64,000 nucleotides of DNA from Alphaproteobacteria bacterium (GTDB lineage Bacteria > Pseudomonadota > Alphaproteobacteria > CAAHEQ01 > UBA3637). A program made the translations under genes and the position numbers. Location: contig JAZQXL010000011.1 in NCBI GenBank assembly GCA_045632845.1, positions 2,158 to 66,157 of the forward strand. The letters are read 5' to 3'. This document shows positions 28,877 to 40,643 of the stretch, piece by piece. The notes under the pieces are model-generated. The model made no database searches, was not told the DNA's origin, and saw only the letters and a program-made list of their open reading frames with translations. Every line of letters starts with the position of its first letter. The stretch's first letter is position 1.

Positions 28877-30535
28877 TTATCCTTTCACAAACGCATCAAT
28901 AAAAGGTTTTAAAACATTTTGTTCCTGCTTCGTTAAAAGAGGAAAAACTCTTTTTTCAACCTGTTGATGATATTCTTTTAACCAAATTTTTTCATCCTCT
29001 GTCAACAAAGCAAAATCCACTACCCTGTAATCAAACGGAATGAATAATAAATCTTCAAAAACAAGATTTTCACCATCTATAACAGATAATAGCATATTTT
29101 CTAACCGAATGCCAAATTTTTCTTCATAAGAATAAAAAGCTGGCTCATTTGAAAATACCATATTGGGTAAAATACCTTTTTCATCTTTTCCATGAACAGC
29201 AGGAGGATATTCATGAACACCCAGCATCATACCGATACCATGCCCTGTTGAGTGATAAAAATCCACACCATCTTTTCTTAAATGAGAATGCGCAACTTCA
29301 TCCATTGGCGCAGAAGAAGATCCAACCTTTATTGAGCTTTTTGAAACTGCGATATGTCCTTTTAGCACTTGTGTGTACCGTTTTTTCATCAACAACGATG
29401 GTTCAGAAACAACAATTGTTCGTGTCATATCGGTTGTCCCATTCAAATAGTGACCACCCGTGTCAACCAACAATAAAGGATTATCTTTAATCTCAAACGC
29501 TGTTTCTTTTGTTGCCAAATAATGTGCCAACGCCGCGTGAACACCGCTTGCGGCAATGGTATCAAAACTATCTGCAAAATAAAGCGAGCTCTTTTTACGT
29601 AACGATTTTAATTTTTTATCACAATCGATTTCATTTATTTTTGATTTATTCTTTTCAACATATACCAAAAATTTGCAAATTACAGAACTTTCAAACAAAC
29701 AAGCTTCTTTGATATTTTTTATCTCAACTTCATTTTTTTGAGCTTTCATATCATCAATAAAATCTGGAATATTTTGAATATCTACCTTGTTTTTATGAAG
29801 CTCACTTACCAAACCAAAAGTTGCCTTTGTAAAATCAAGACCAACCTTTAAGCCTTTTAAATTTATTTTTGAATTAAACTCTTTGACCTTTCCTTCAGCT
29901 GGCACAAACAATTGTTTATAAACAACAGGATAATCACTTTTTTTGACCGCCCTTTTATTTAAAAGCCAAGAAACATTTTCTGTTGATAAAACAAGAATAC
30001 CATCTAAAGATAAATCTTTTATCTTTTTTTGAACAAGATCTAATTTTTCTTTTGCTGAAACACCTGTATAGCATAAAGGATAATCAAATAATTCTTGCTT
30101 AAAAGGTTTATTTTTAAACCAAGCAGAAAGTGTTTTTTGATCCAAGGGAACAAGTGAAACAGAACTTTCTTTTAACAGTACATTCATTGCTTCATACCAC
30201 ATAAATGAATGTGCTTTCGGATCAAAAGCTATTTTCTTATCCCCCATATTTTCTTTTATCCAAGAAGACAAACGTGTATCTCTTGGTACTTCAAACACTT
30301 CAAAAGAAGATTGTCCTTTTGCTTGCTCTGTATATCTTGAATCAACGAACAAAATGCCTCTATCTTTTAAAACAAGAGCTACTCCCTCAGACCCAGAAAA
30401 ACCCGTCACTTTTTTCAATCTATTTTTATATGGTGGATAATACCCAGATAAAAAAGGATCACTTCTTGAAATGAGAACACCATCCAAGTTTTCTTTTGTT
30501 AAATATTGTTGAATTAAAAGAACTAAATCAGACAT
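28877..30535 (-). CDS. Aminopeptidase P family (M24)
   Basis: DTGGHY..GTTDMTRT, HSTGHGIG...VHE, NEP, GIRLEN. Confidence 0.92.
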   Translation of the reverse strand: MSDLVLLIQQYLTKENLDGVLISRSDPFLSGYYPPYKNRLKKVTGFSGSEGVALVLKDRGILFVDSRYTEQAKGQSSFEVFEVPRDTRLSSWIKENMGDKKIAFDPKAHSFMWYEAMNVLLKESSVSLVPLDQKTLSAWFKNKPFKQELFDYPLCYTGVSAKEKLDLVQKKIKDLSLDGILVLSTENVSWLLNKRAVKKSDYPVVYKQLFVPAEGKVKEFNSKINLKGLKVGLDFTKATFGLVSELHKNKVDIQNIPDFIDDMKAQKNEVEIKNIKEACLFESSVICKFLVYVEKNKSKINEIDCDKKLKSLRKKSSLYFADSFDTIAASGVHAALAHYLATKETAFEIKDNPLLLVDTGGHYLNGTTDMTRTIVVSEPSLLMKKRYTQVLKGHIAVSKSSIKVGSSSAPMDEVAHSHLRKDGVDFYHSTGHGIGMMLGVHEYPPAVHGKDEKGILPNMVFSNEPAFYSYEEKFGIRLENMLLSVIDGENLVFEDLLFIPFDYRVVDFALLTEDEKIWLKEYHQQVEKRVFPLLTKQEQNVLKPFIDAFVKG

Positions 30536-30537
30536 TT

Positions 30538-31407
30538 TTATCCTTTTTTAAGAACAAGTGTACTCCAACCATTAATACGATAACGTTTTACAAATTCAAA
30601 CCCAATATCCGTGTGGGCTTTTAAAACCCAACGTTCTTGTCTGTTCAAGAACCCTGAAAGAATGGCAATTCCACCTTCATTCAAATGATCTTTCAAATCA
30701 GCGGCCATATCCATCAATGGTCGAGCTAAAATATTGCATAAAACTAAATCATACTTTTCCGACACACCTTTGTATCCGTCACTATGCCATACACGCATCA
30801 AATTAGACAATCCATTAATTTGAGCGTTTGAAGTTGCCACACGCACGGATTCAGGATCGATATCTACTGCATCAACCGGCTTGTTAAAAGTTTTGGCATA
30901 CGCCATTGACAAAATACCAGAACCGCACCCAACATCAATAACTTTATTTGGTTCAAAATCAAGTTCATTAAGAGCTGTCAAACAGCCGTGAGTTGTTTGA
31001 TGTTCACCCGTTCCAAAAGCTGTTGCCGCATCAATTTGAAGTGGGATCATCCCTTTTGGAGCTTCTTCTTCAACATGAGAACCATAGATATAATATTTAC
31101 CAATTGAGAGTGGTTTAAAACTTTGATAACATTCTAACAACCAATTTTTATTTTCCATTGCATTTATTTGAATTTTTGGCACCTCAATCCCTGCAATTGA
31201 AGAAGCTTGTTCAACCAATGTTTGAACAAGGTTTTCATCTGGCTTTCCTTCAAAAATAGCTTGCAATTCCCATTTGCCTTTATGCTCCCCTTTTTCAATC
31301 ATAACAGTCAAAACAGCAGCAGCAACCTCTGACAACATATCTTCAAAAACAGGAACATTTTCTGGATTTAACAAAATTTTAAAATCATAATTCAAAATAT
31401 CAGTCAT
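30538..31407 (-). CDS. prmA: Ribosomal protein L11 methyltransferase
   Basis: AFGTGEHQTT, DVGCGSGILS, NILA. Confidence 0.93.
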   Translation of the reverse strand: MTDILNYDFKILLNPENVPVFEDMLSEVAAAVLTVMIEKGEHKGKWELQAIFEGKPDENLVQTLVEQASSIAGIEVPKIQINAMENKNWLLECYQSFKPLSIGKYYIYGSHVEEEAPKGMIPLQIDAATAFGTGEHQTTHGCLTALNELDFEPNKVIDVGCGSGILSMAYAKTFNKPVDAVDIDPESVRVATSNAQINGLSNLMRVWHSDGYKGVSEKYDLVLCNILARPLMDMAADLKDHLNEGGIAILSGFLNRQERWVLKAHTDIGFEFVKRYRINGWSTLVLKKG

Positions 31408-31562
31408 TTATATCCTTTCAGTTAACAAAGAAAATACGCCTTTTTTCACAAAAAATCAAGGGAATAATCTATTTAAGAAATCTTATATAAAAAAAGGCAA
31501 CTTATCCTTGCTTTATATATTTTTTTATGATACTTTTTTGAATAAAATTAAGGTAAATAAAA

Positions 31563-32843
31563 ATGAAAAAAAATGAGCAACTTCATCGCTCACTAGATTA
31601 TGTTTTTCGAGGCGGTGTTGCAACATCTGCCATGGACTCTTTGGCCGTTGGAAGCACATTAATTGCCTATGCTTTGTTATTAGGTGCCGGCAATGTTGCC
31701 ATTGGTATCTTAGGAGCCATTCCATTCATTGGGAATATGATTCATCTTTTTGCTTCCTATCTTATTGAAAAGGGTGTATCAGCAAAAAAAATTGCTCTTA
31801 TTTCTTCTTTTGCGGCACGCCCATTTTATCTTATTGCAGCATTGCTTTGTTTTTTTCCTAACGCTCCTTGGGCAGTGCCCGTTTTGATTATTTCACTTTT
31901 ATTTTCGTATTTAATCGGGTCTATGTGTGGCGGGGCTTGGATGCCTTGGATGAAAGCTTTAATACCAGCCAAGTTAATGGGGAAATTTTTTTCTCATCGT
32001 TTTAAATGGATGATGATTGCTAAAATTGCTTGCTTTATTTTTGCATTTGCTTTGGTCAAAATCGCTACGCCTTATAAAAATGGGGAACTCTATTCTTACG
32101 CCTTTTTAATCTTCCTTGCTTTTTTAATCAGCCTATATGGCGCATACACCTTCATTCATGTTGAAGATAAAAAAATTGAAACAAAACCGGATATGTCTTT
32201 TATCAAAAAGGTTGCACACACATTTAAAAACAAGCCTTTTGCAAAATTATTAACAGCTTTGAGTGTATTAAATTTTTCAACAAGTTTTATCACACCATTT
32301 TTAACTGTTTTTATGCTCAAAAATTTAAATGTTCCAATGTCAACAATTATTGCTCTGACACTTTTGCAATGGTTTGTTTATACTTTTGTTGTTAAAAAAT
32401 GGGGCAAAATGTCCGACAAAAAGGGGCCTGAAAAAATATTAATTGCCTCTATTCCTATCTTTATTTTCTGTACACTTGTGTTTTTAGGATTAAACATCTT
32501 CCCTGTTCAAGGAATTCTTTTGCTTGGCATTTTAATTTTTGTGAATATTTTATTAGGCATTTCAACAGCTGCACTTGCCCTTGGCATTAACAATACAAGC
32601 CTTCTTTATATGCCAAAAGATATGTCTTCTGTTTATCTATCAGTCAATTCTGTGTTCAAATCGTTTGCTGCAGCTCTTGGTTCTATTATTGCTGGATACG
32701 CCCTTCAAGAGTTTGCCGCTTTAGCTGATATCTTATCAATAAACAATCAAGAACTATTTCAATGGAATATGTTCTATTTAACAACAATTATCCTTTGCCT
32801 TTTATCGATTTATTTGCTAAAAAAGATAAGAAAATGCGTCTAA
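31563..32843 (+). CDS. MFS transporter
   Basis: About 12 TM segments, WGKMSDKKG motif A. Confidence 0.85.
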   Translation: MKKNEQLHRSLDYVFRGGVATSAMDSLAVGSTLIAYALLLGAGNVAIGILGAIPFIGNMIHLFASYLIEKGVSAKKIALISSFAARPFYLIAALLCFFPNAPWAVPVLIISLLFSYLIGSMCGGAWMPWMKALIPAKLMGKFFSHRFKWMMIAKIACFIFAFALVKIATPYKNGELYSYAFLIFLAFLISLYGAYTFIHVEDKKIETKPDMSFIKKVAHTFKNKPFAKLLTALSVLNFSTSFITPFLTVFMLKNLNVPMSTIIALTLLQWFVYTFVVKKWGKMSDKKGPEKILIASIPIFIFCTLVFLGLNIFPVQGILLLGILIFVNILLGISTAALALGINNTSLLYMPKDMSSVYLSVNSVFKSFAAALGSIIAGYALQEFAALADILSINNQELFQWNMFYLTTIILCLLSIYLLKKIRKCV

Positions 32844-32858
32844 CACTAAGGAGTAACT

Positions 32859-33548
32859 ATGTATAATGGAAAAACTATTTTAGCGCTTATCACTGCACGT
32901 GCTGGCTCAAAAGGAATTATTGATAAAAATCTTTATCCTATTAATAAAAAACCACTCGTAAACTACACAATTGAAGCTGCCAAAAAATCCAAATATTTGG
33001 ATGCGATTTATTGCACAACTGATGGTGAAAAAATCAAAAACGCCTGTTTAGAAGCTGACATTGGCGTTATAGACAGACCTGAAGAATTAGCCAGCGACAC
33101 ATCAAAATCCATTGACTGTATCGTTCACGCAATTAAAGAACTTAAAAAACAAGGAAAAAAATTTGATTACGTTCTTCAACTTCAACCAACCTGCCCTTTA
33201 AGACAATCCTTTCACATTGATGGCATCATTCAAGAATGCATTGATAAAGGGTTAGATCAAATGCTCTCAGTTCATCAAGTGGAATACAACCCTATCTTGG
33301 TTCGCTTTGATAACAAGGGAAAGCTTACAAATATTTTAAACCAACAATCAACAGTTCGAAGACAAGACATGCCCAAAACCGTTTATGTCAACGGCATGCT
33401 TTATTTAAGCAAATCAGATTTGTTAACGCTTGAAACAAGTTTGAACGATATTCCAAATGGTTATGAAGTAGATCCACATTTTGCACTCGACATCAACGAC
33501 ATGCACGACATTGAGTTAGCTGAAATAATGCTAAACCGAATGGATTAA
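32859..33548 (+). CDS. neuA: Acylneuraminate (nonulosonate) cytidylyltransferase
   Basis: TARAGSKGIIDKN, RPEELASD, LQPTCPLR, RRQD, DIN. Confidence 0.85.
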   Translation: MYNGKTILALITARAGSKGIIDKNLYPINKKPLVNYTIEAAKKSKYLDAIYCTTDGEKIKNACLEADIGVIDRPEELASDTSKSIDCIVHAIKELKKQGKKFDYVLQLQPTCPLRQSFHIDGIIQECIDKGLDQMLSVHQVEYNPILVRFDNKGKLTNILNQQSTVRRQDMPKTVYVNGMLYLSKSDLLTLETSLNDIPNGYEVDPHFALDINDMHDIELAEIMLNRMD

Positions 33549-33609
33549 CCTCTTTACATTTTATTTTTTTTGTATTTTAATAATCCTGTTAAAACTGAAA
33601 GGACAAACA

Positions 33610-34155
33610 ATGAAAAAATGGCTACTTTCACTTATTACAGGATTATTTATTACATCAAGCGTAGGAGCTCAAACAATGGATAAAGAAAATACACTTTACT
33701 TAGACACTGAAAATGGTCGCGTAACAATTGAATTATACCCTGATGTTGCACCAAATCACGTTGCTAGAATCAAAGAGTTAACACGTGAAGGATTTTATAA
33801 TGGTGTAAAATTCCACCGTGTTATCCCTGGATTTATGGCTCAAACAGGTGATCCAACTGGTACAGGAATGGGCGGTTCAGGCAAAAAACTTAAAGCTGAA
33901 TTTAACAAAAAACACCATGGTCGTGGAACTGTTTCTATGGCAAGAGCAATGGATCCAAACAGTGCGGATAGCCAATTTTTCATCTGCTTTGATGTCGCTG
34001 GTTTCTTAGATGGTCAATACACTGTTTTTGGTCAAGTAACAAGTGGCATGGAATTTGTTGATATGATCAAAGCTGGTACTTCAGCAAACAATGGTAAGGT
34101 ATCAAACCCTGATATCATTGTTAAAATGCAAGTTGCAGCTGACGCTGATAAATAA
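33610..34155 (+). CDS. Periplasmic cyclophilin PPIase
   Basis: Signal peptide; FHRVIPGFMAQTGDP, SMARA, SQFFI. Confidence 0.93.
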   Translation: MKKWLLSLITGLFITSSVGAQTMDKENTLYLDTENGRVTIELYPDVAPNHVARIKELTREGFYNGVKFHRVIPGFMAQTGDPTGTGMGGSGKKLKAEFNKKHHGRGTVSMARAMDPNSADSQFFICFDVAGFLDGQYTVFGQVTSGMEFVDMIKAGTSANNGKVSNPDIIVKMQVAADADK

Positions 34156-34216
34156 TTTTTATCAAATCTAAAGAAAGAAGCGTTACACACATAACGCTTC
34201 TTTTATTTTATACTCA

Positions 34217-34251
34217 AAAAAAAGAGAGTGAGTTTTCACTCTCTTTTTTTT
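34217..34251. terminator. Bidirectional terminator
   Basis: A-run gagagtga..tcactctc T-run. Confidence 0.8.
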
Positions 34252-34262
34252 ATTATCCACGG

Positions 34263-37079
34263 TTATTCAACCGTATCTTCTTGAGTTGTATCCTCATCAG
34301 ATTCCTCAGATACTGTTTCTTCCGAAACTGTTGCATCCAAAGATTGTGTTTCGGTTGTTTCAGTTTCATCTGAAACCTCAGGGACATCATCATCCACATC
34401 TGTGATACAAGTTGCAGAAACAACTTTTTCTTCTTTATCAAGTCTAAAGAGAATAACACCCATTGTGCTGCGCCCTGCAATTTTGATGTCACTGACACGC
34501 ATACGGATGAGTTTACCTCCATCTGTAACCATCATCAAGTGAGCATCATCTGGAACAGGCATTGTTGCAACAACGTCTGCTTTTCTGCGTTCATCCATCT
34601 TGATATTTGTCACACCTGAAGTACCACGTGCAGTAATACGATATTCATAAGCACTGGTCCGTTTACCAAAACCTTTGTCAGTAATTGTCAAAATAAATTC
34701 TTCTTCAGAAGCCATTTTTTCAAATTCTTCAGCTGACAAAACAGTATTTGTTGTTGATGTTTCAACGTCTGTTGTTTCACCTTCTTCAACTTCACCCAAG
34801 GCTCTGCGACGTGCAGCAGCTTCTTTCAAATATGCATCACGTTTGTCAATATCAGCTTTAGCGTGTTTAACAATGGACATTGAAATCACACTTTCACCTT
34901 CTGGCAATTTCATACCACGAACACCTGTTGATGCACGAGATTCAAAAATACGAACATCTGAAACAGGGAAACGAACACATTTACCACCAGCTGCAGCCAA
35001 CAAAACGTCATCTGTATCATTACAAATTTGAACACCGATGAGCTTATCGCCTTCGTCCAACTTCATTGCAATCTTACCATTTGATTGAACATTGTAGAAA
35101 TCTGTCAAACGGTTACGACGAACACCACCCGAAGCTGTTGCAAACATGACTGTTTGTTCACCACATTCTTCTTGTTTTTCTGGCAATGTTAAAATTGTTG
35201 AAATTGTTTCACCTTGTTGTAATGGCAAGAGGTTAATCAATGCTTTACCCAATGATTGTGGTGACCCTTCTGGCAAGCGATATGTTTTGATTTTGTAAAC
35301 AATGCCTCTGCTTGAGAAGAACAACAATGGACTGTGCGTGCAAGCAACAAAAAGTTGAGAAACTTGGTCTTCATCTCTTGTTGACATGCCTGAACGGCCT
35401 TTACCGCCTCTGTTTTGAGCACGATACGTTGAAAGAGGAACACGTTTAATATACCCATTGTTTGAAACAGTAACAACCATTGTTTCTCTTGGAATCAAAT
35501 CTTCCATATCTTGTTCAAATTCAGCATTTTCAATTGTTGTTAAGCGTTCACTTGAAACTTGAGCTTTCACAATTTCTAATTCTTCTTTGATAATTGCATA
35601 GATTTTTTCACGAGAAGCAAGTGTTGATAAATACCCTTTAATAAGAGCTGCCAATTCACCAACTTCACCATGAATTTTATCTCTTTCCAAACCTGTCAAA
35701 CGGTTCAACTTCAAGTCCAAAATTGCTTTAGCTTGAGCTTCTGAAAGCATATAATGCCCATCAACAACCTTGCGATCAGGTTCATCAATCAATTGAATGA
35801 GTGTTTCAACATCAGCAGCATCCCAACGTGTTTCCATCAAACGCATTTTTGCAACTTGTGGATCTGGAGCACTCTTAATCATTTCAATAACAGCATCTAA
35901 GTTTGCAACAGCAATGGCCAAACCAACTAATACGTGAGCTCTATCACGTGCCTTATTAAGTTCATAAACAGTACGACGACGAACAACTTCTTCTCTAAAA
36001 GCAATAAATGCTTCCAAAATTTGTTTTAAGTTCATCAATTCTGGACGACCATTGTTAAGTGCCAACATATTCATGCTGAAACTGGTTTGCAATGAAGTGT
36101 ATTTGTACAATTGGTTCAAAACAACGTCAGGATGAGCATCTTTTTTAAGCTCAATCACAACACGAACACCTTGACGATCTGATTCATCTCTCAAATCAGA
36201 AATACCTTCAATAACTTTATCTTTAACAAGCTGAGCAATACGAATAATCATTTCAGCCTTGTTCACTTGATAAGGAACTTCAGTAACAACAATTGCCATA
36301 CGATCTTTTTTGATTTCTTCAATTGTTGTGCGACCACGCATGATCACAGAACCACGACCTGTTTGATAAGCCGAACGTGCACCACCACGACCTAAGATCA
36401 AAGCCCCTGTTGGGAAATCTGGCCCAGGGACATAATCCATCAACTCTTCAATTGTAATTTCCGGATTTTCAATCATTGCTATACAAGCAGAAATGACTTC
36501 ACCTGGATTATGTGGTGGAATGTTTGTTGCCATACCAACAGCAATACCTCCTGAACCATTCACCAACAAGTTTGGAAATCTTGCTGGCAAAACTTCAGGT
36601 TCTTGACAAGTTTCATCATAGTTTGGTCTAAAATCAACTGTATCTCTATCAATATCTTCCAACAAGCAATGAGCGGTTTGAGACAATCTTGCTTCTGTAT
36701 AACGCATAGCAGCTGCTTTATCACCATCCATAGATCCAAAGTTCCCTTGTGAACCAACAAGTGGGACACGCATAGAGAATGTTTGAGCCATACGAACCAT
36801 TGCTTCATAAATTGAGCTATCACCATGAGGGTGATATTTACCCATAACGTCACCGACGATACGGGCAGATTTTCTAAATGGCTTATTATAATCATATCCA
36901 TTTTCATGCATTGAAAACAAAATACGACGGTGAACAGGCTTTAACCCATCTCGAACATCTGGCAATGCACGAGAGACGATAACGCTCATTGCATAATCCA
37001 AATAGGATTTGCGCATTTCCTCTTCAATGGGTGCAGCAACCGTATCAACGGCAGTTGAACTTATTGATATATCAGTCAT
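34263..37079 (-). CDS. gyrA: DNA gyrase subunit A
   Basis: YHPHGDS, AAMRYTE, GyrA-box QNRGGKG, acidic tail. Confidence 0.98.
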   Translation of the reverse strand: MTDISISSTAVDTVAAPIEEEMRKSYLDYAMSVIVSRALPDVRDGLKPVHRRILFSMHENGYDYNKPFRKSARIVGDVMGKYHPHGDSSIYEAMVRMAQTFSMRVPLVGSQGNFGSMDGDKAAAMRYTEARLSQTAHCLLEDIDRDTVDFRPNYDETCQEPEVLPARFPNLLVNGSGGIAVGMATNIPPHNPGEVISACIAMIENPEITIEELMDYVPGPDFPTGALILGRGGARSAYQTGRGSVIMRGRTTIEEIKKDRMAIVVTEVPYQVNKAEMIIRIAQLVKDKVIEGISDLRDESDRQGVRVVIELKKDAHPDVVLNQLYKYTSLQTSFSMNMLALNNGRPELMNLKQILEAFIAFREEVVRRRTVYELNKARDRAHVLVGLAIAVANLDAVIEMIKSAPDPQVAKMRLMETRWDAADVETLIQLIDEPDRKVVDGHYMLSEAQAKAILDLKLNRLTGLERDKIHGEVGELAALIKGYLSTLASREKIYAIIKEELEIVKAQVSSERLTTIENAEFEQDMEDLIPRETMVVTVSNNGYIKRVPLSTYRAQNRGGKGRSGMSTRDEDQVSQLFVACTHSPLLFFSSRGIVYKIKTYRLPEGSPQSLGKALINLLPLQQGETISTILTLPEKQEECGEQTVMFATASGGVRRNRLTDFYNVQSNGKIAMKLDEGDKLIGVQICNDTDDVLLAAAGGKCVRFPVSDVRIFESRASTGVRGMKLPEGESVISMSIVKHAKADIDKRDAYLKEAAARRRALGEVEEGETTDVETSTTNTVLSAEEFEKMASEEEFILTITDKGFGKRTSAYEYRITARGTSGVTNIKMDERRKADVVATMPVPDDAHLMMVTDGGKLIRMRVSDIKIAGRSTMGVILFRLDKEEKVVSATCITDVDDDVPEVSDETETTETQSLDATVSEETVSEESDEDTTQEDTVE

Positions 37080-37123
37080 TTTTTCTACTTTCGTACGATT
37101 AATTTTTTATCTTTTATAAACAA

Positions 37124-37585
37124 TTAAAATGGAATTTCATCATCAAATGAATCTGCGCCACCTGAAAGAGATGTTGCATCCCAACCAGAAGATGAAGCAC
37201 CTGCATCTGAAGACAATGAAGATGAGGCACCATCTACACGACCATCTAACACAACAAGTTCACCTCTAAATGCGCCCAAAACAACTTCTGTTGTGTATCT
37301 GTCTTGACCACTTTGATCTGTAAATTTACGTGTTTGCAAAGCACCTTCAACATAAACTTTTGAACCTTTTTTCAAATAACGTTCTGAAAAATCTGCTAAA
37401 TTAGCATTAAAAATAACAACTCTGTGCCACTCTGTTCTTTCTTGTCTTTCACCAGATTTATCTTTCCAAGTTTCACTTGTTGCAACTGACAAGTGTGCAA
37501 TTTTTTGCCCTGTTGCAGTGTGTCTAATTTCTGGATCACGTCCAAGATTTCCAACTAATGTGACTTTGTTAATGCTACCAGCCAT
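37124..37585 (-). CDS. ssb: Single-stranded DNA-binding protein
   Basis: [26 protein letters not shown] tail. Confidence 0.97.
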   Translation of the reverse strand: MAGSINKVTLVGNLGRDPEIRHTATGQKIAHLSVATSETWKDKSGERQERTEWHRVVIFNANLADFSERYLKKGSKVYVEGALQTRKFTDQSGQDRYTTEVVLGAFRGELVVLDGRVDGASSSLSSDAGASSSGWDATSLSGGADSFDDEIPF

Positions 37586-37728
37586 CTTAAATTTCCTTTC
37601 TTTCTAACATTTAAAAATCTCGTATTTTTCTTCACAAAAACGATCACATTTACTTTAACTTTTTTTTCAAAAAAAGAAAAGCATTTTTTCACTTTATTTC
37701 AAAAAAAATCGCTATTTTTTGGGCTTTT

Positions 37729-38649
37729 TTATAAATCTTTTGGCAAATAACTTAAATCAGTTGCCAAAACTTTTTTTGCAACCTTATGTCCCATCAAAAC
37801 GGCTTGTTCAATATCTTTATTTTTCAACCATTCATACAAAAAGCCAGCAGCAAATGCATCCCCTGCTCCATTTGTGTTAATAATCTTTCGAACAGGTTTA
37901 TTTTTAAAGAATAAAGTCTCATTTTTTGTTAAAATTTCAACACCATCTTTACCACATGTTTTTACACAAGTTGTATTTTCGAGCATTTGAGCATTAATAT
38001 CAAGTGCTGCGAACTCATATTCATTCCCAAATAAAACATCTATTTTGGGTAAAAGCTCTAATATGACTTTTCTTTTATTTTCAACACAGTGAACATCTGA
38101 CAAGGTAAAATAAACCTTTGTACCAAATGTGTAAGCACGATTAATCAATTCAACGACCAAATCCTCTCTGCGATTAAGCATATATCCTTCTGTCAAAATT
38201 GATTTCGTCTTTTTTAAATACTCATCTTTAATTTCAGTGGTTGTTAATAAATTAGCCGCACACGCATGAGCACATTGAGTCCTATCTTTATCCGCATGTA
38301 CCATCACAACACTACAACCTGTTCGATCTGCATCCGTTCGAATAAGATGAGATTGAACAGCATAATCAGACAGGCTTTTTTCAAAAAAATCGCCCTCATC
38401 ATCCATACCACATTTACCAACAAACCCTGTTTTAGCCCCCAAAAGAGCCATATCTCGAATAGTATTAGCAGCAGATCCACCAGCATAGTATGCTAAATAA
38501 GGCTTACTTCGCAAATAAGAATGCTCCTCAGGTGTTGCAATAAAAAAAAGACCCTTAACTGGCAAAATTTTTTGCATCACCTCATCTTGATCATCAAATG
38601 AGATAATTTTATCGACAATTGCATCCCCGACTGCAAGAATATCTAACAT
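37729..38649 (-). CDS. PfkB-family (adenosine/inosine) kinase
   Basis: GGSAANT, NEYE, NTNGAGDAFAAG. Confidence 0.88.
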   Translation of the reverse strand: MLDILAVGDAIVDKIISFDDQDEVMQKILPVKGLFFIATPEEHSYLRSKPYLAYYAGGSAANTIRDMALLGAKTGFVGKCGMDDEGDFFEKSLSDYAVQSHLIRTDADRTGCSVVMVHADKDRTQCAHACAANLLTTTEIKDEYLKKTKSILTEGYMLNRREDLVVELINRAYTFGTKVYFTLSDVHCVENKRKVILELLPKIDVLFGNEYEFAALDINAQMLENTTCVKTCGKDGVEILTKNETLFFKNKPVRKIINTNGAGDAFAAGFLYEWLKNKDIEQAVLMGHKVAKKVLATDLSYLPKDL

Positions 38650-39247
38650 TTTTTCCTCCCATTATTTTCCTTACATCATTTAACACTGTTTTTGGATTAT
38701 ATACAAGCGATTTTATTCCCAACCGCATAGACACACACACATTTTCTTTTTTATCATCAAGAAACAGCATTTGTTCAAATGGAATTTTTGTTTGTTCTTG
38801 CACTTGTTTAAAAATCAACTCATCTGGTTTTAGGGTATTTAATTTATAAGACGGAAAAACAAACTCATGGTCAAAAGGCAATTCATCAATTGAGACTTCA
38901 AGTTGAGGGAGTGCATTTGATAGCATTCCAATTTTAACGCCTTTTCCTTTTAAATAAGAAATAACATCTCTTGTTTGAGAATAAACAGCTCCAACTCCTT
39001 TTAAAAGAGAACAATTAATCTCTTTTTCTTTTTCTTCATCAAAAGAGACACCCAACAAATGACAAACATCTTTGTTAAATTCAGAAACACTCATCCGACC
39101 CAACATTAGATCCTTCCACTTAAAATGCAAAGATTTTGCTTTTGGAGAATATTTTTCCAAACACTGATAAAAAGGGTCTAATGAATAAGGATAAACAACT
39201 CCACCACAATCAAATAGGCAGAGTTTTATATCATTAAATTGTTTCAT
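38609..39247 (-). CDS. HAD-family phosphatase
   Basis: FDCGGV, LSN, KP...IF, FLDD. Confidence 0.88.
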   Translation of the reverse strand: MKQFNDIKLCLFDCGGVVYPYSLDPFYQCLEKYSPKAKSLHFKWKDLMLGRMSVSEFNKDVCHLLGVSFDEEKEKEINCSLLKGVGAVYSQTRDVISYLKGKGVKIGMLSNALPQLEVSIDELPFDHEFVFPSYKLNTLKPDELIFKQVQEQTKIPFEQMLFLDDKKENVCVSMRLGIKSLVYNPKTVLNDVRKIMGGKNVRYSCSRGCNCR

Positions 39248-39257
39248 TTTTTAACCT

Positions 39258-39677
39258 TTAACTTTTATTTTCCCAAGGGAGTAATGGTTTCAATGGCGGG
39301 TAAGTAAACCCACAAATATCTGGCAAATAAGCTGATCCTTCTGACTGGAACAATACACAAGTTATAAATTCATATTCAGGAAAAATACTTTTCACATCTT
39401 CAAAACTTTTCCCCGTTTCTGTTGCATCATCAACCAACAAAAAACGTGTATTTTTTTTAAAATGTCTCAATGAAGAACCACCATATCCATTTTTTCTTGA
39501 ATAATTAATATATTCAAGTTTTTTACCTAATTGATAAGCAATAAATCCAGCAGGAATCGCCCCACCCCTGCCTAATGACACAACAGCTTCAAAAGAAATA
39601 TTTTGTTCTTTTATTTTTTCCAAACAACTTGCTGCTGATTCTTGAACATCTAACCATGAAAAACGTATTTTTTTCAT
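39258..39677 (-). CDS. Purine phosphoribosyltransferase (Gpt/Hpt-like)
   Basis: GRGGAIPA, LLVDDATETGKS, PWE. Confidence 0.82.
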   Translation of the reverse strand: MKKIRFSWLDVQESAASCLEKIKEQNISFEAVVSLGRGGAIPAGFIAYQLGKKLEYINYSRKNGYGGSSLRHFKKNTRFLLVDDATETGKSFEDVKSIFPEYEFITCVLFQSEGSAYLPDICGFTYPPLKPLLPWENKS

Positions 39678-39799
39678 CTTTTATCTTTCCTCTTTTTAAT
39701 TAACGAGAAAGATTATAGAAATATTTTTTACAAAAAACAATCATTTTTATCCTTTATTTATTTTATATTATCAGATATAATATAAGTAAGGAGTTTTTT

Positions 39800-40060
39800 A
39801 TGAATTTTAAAATCCAATTATCAACGATAATCATTTTATTAATTTCAAATATTATTTCTTACGTGTTAACTTTCAGCAGTGATTTTGCTCTAAGAAATAA
39901 AGATGTTTATGATATTATTTCTATTTTTAATGAATTTATTTTTTTCACCAGTATAATTGCTGGTTTTAAATTGTTAAAAAAAGCAAAATTTATTGGAACA
40001 ATTGTTTCTTTTTCCATTCCACTTATTTACACCGCTATTTTATGTTTCTTATTTAGATAA
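39800..40060 (+). CDS. Small membrane protein
   Basis: AGGAG RBS, three hydrophobic segments. Confidence 0.55.
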   Translation: MNFKIQLSTIIILLISNIISYVLTFSSDFALRNKDVYDIISIFNEFIFFTSIIAGFKLLKKAKFIGTIVSFSIPLIYTAILCFLFR

Positions 40061-40069
40061 GAGGAAAAT

Positions 40070-40639
40070 ATGAAAAGAACCCTTCCAGTCAATGAAGATA
40101 TAACTCTAATTCAACAAAGTTCAAAAAAAAGACAAATTGCAGCCTTTTTAAACTTATTAAAATCAAATGAAAGCAGAATAAAACCCTATTTCCCAGGATT
40201 TTATATTGATGGCATCTCAAAAGAACTGGTTGAAGAATTGATTCAAAATAAAGAAAAAGCTTTTCAAAAAAATGAAATAACTAGTTATGCTATTTGCTCT
40301 AGGAAGAAAAAAAGAATCATCGGTGAAGTTTTAATTTATCATTCACTAAATGAAGCATCCATTTCTTATTGGGTTGATAAACAATCTGAAGGCAAAGGGA
40401 TCATCAGTTCTACTTTTGACAAAGTTCGATCCGAATTGTTTCAAGAAGGCGTTTCAGCCATTTTGGCAAGTTGCGATGCAAAAAATGAAAAATCGATTCA
40501 ATTTCTTAAAAATAAAGGATTGAAACCTGTTGCAACATATAGAAATCAAAAAGGCAAAAAATTTGTTGATTTTTATCAAAGTAAACAAGAGTTTTTATTC
40601 TTAAAAAGATTAAACCAACACCAACAAGAAAGAGCATAA
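40070..40639 (+). CDS. RimJ/RimL-type GNAT acetyltransferase
   Basis: ISYWVDKQSEGKGI, NEKS...G. Confidence 0.8.
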   Translation: MKRTLPVNEDITLIQQSSKKRQIAAFLNLLKSNESRIKPYFPGFYIDGISKELVEELIQNKEKAFQKNEITSYAICSRKKKRIIGEVLIYHSLNEASISYWVDKQSEGKGIISSTFDKVRSELFQEGVSAILASCDAKNEKSIQFLKNKGLKPVATYRNQKGKKFVDFYQSKQEFLFLKRLNQHQQERA

Positions 40640-40643
40640 AAAA

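Noticed and set aside
28300-28900. tmRNA (ssrA) next to smpB
   Set aside because: No tRNA-like domain or tag frame seen in the short flanking intergenic regions
34263-34900. GyrA acidic tail and CTD insertion
   Set aside because: Common in proteobacterial GyrA; not novel
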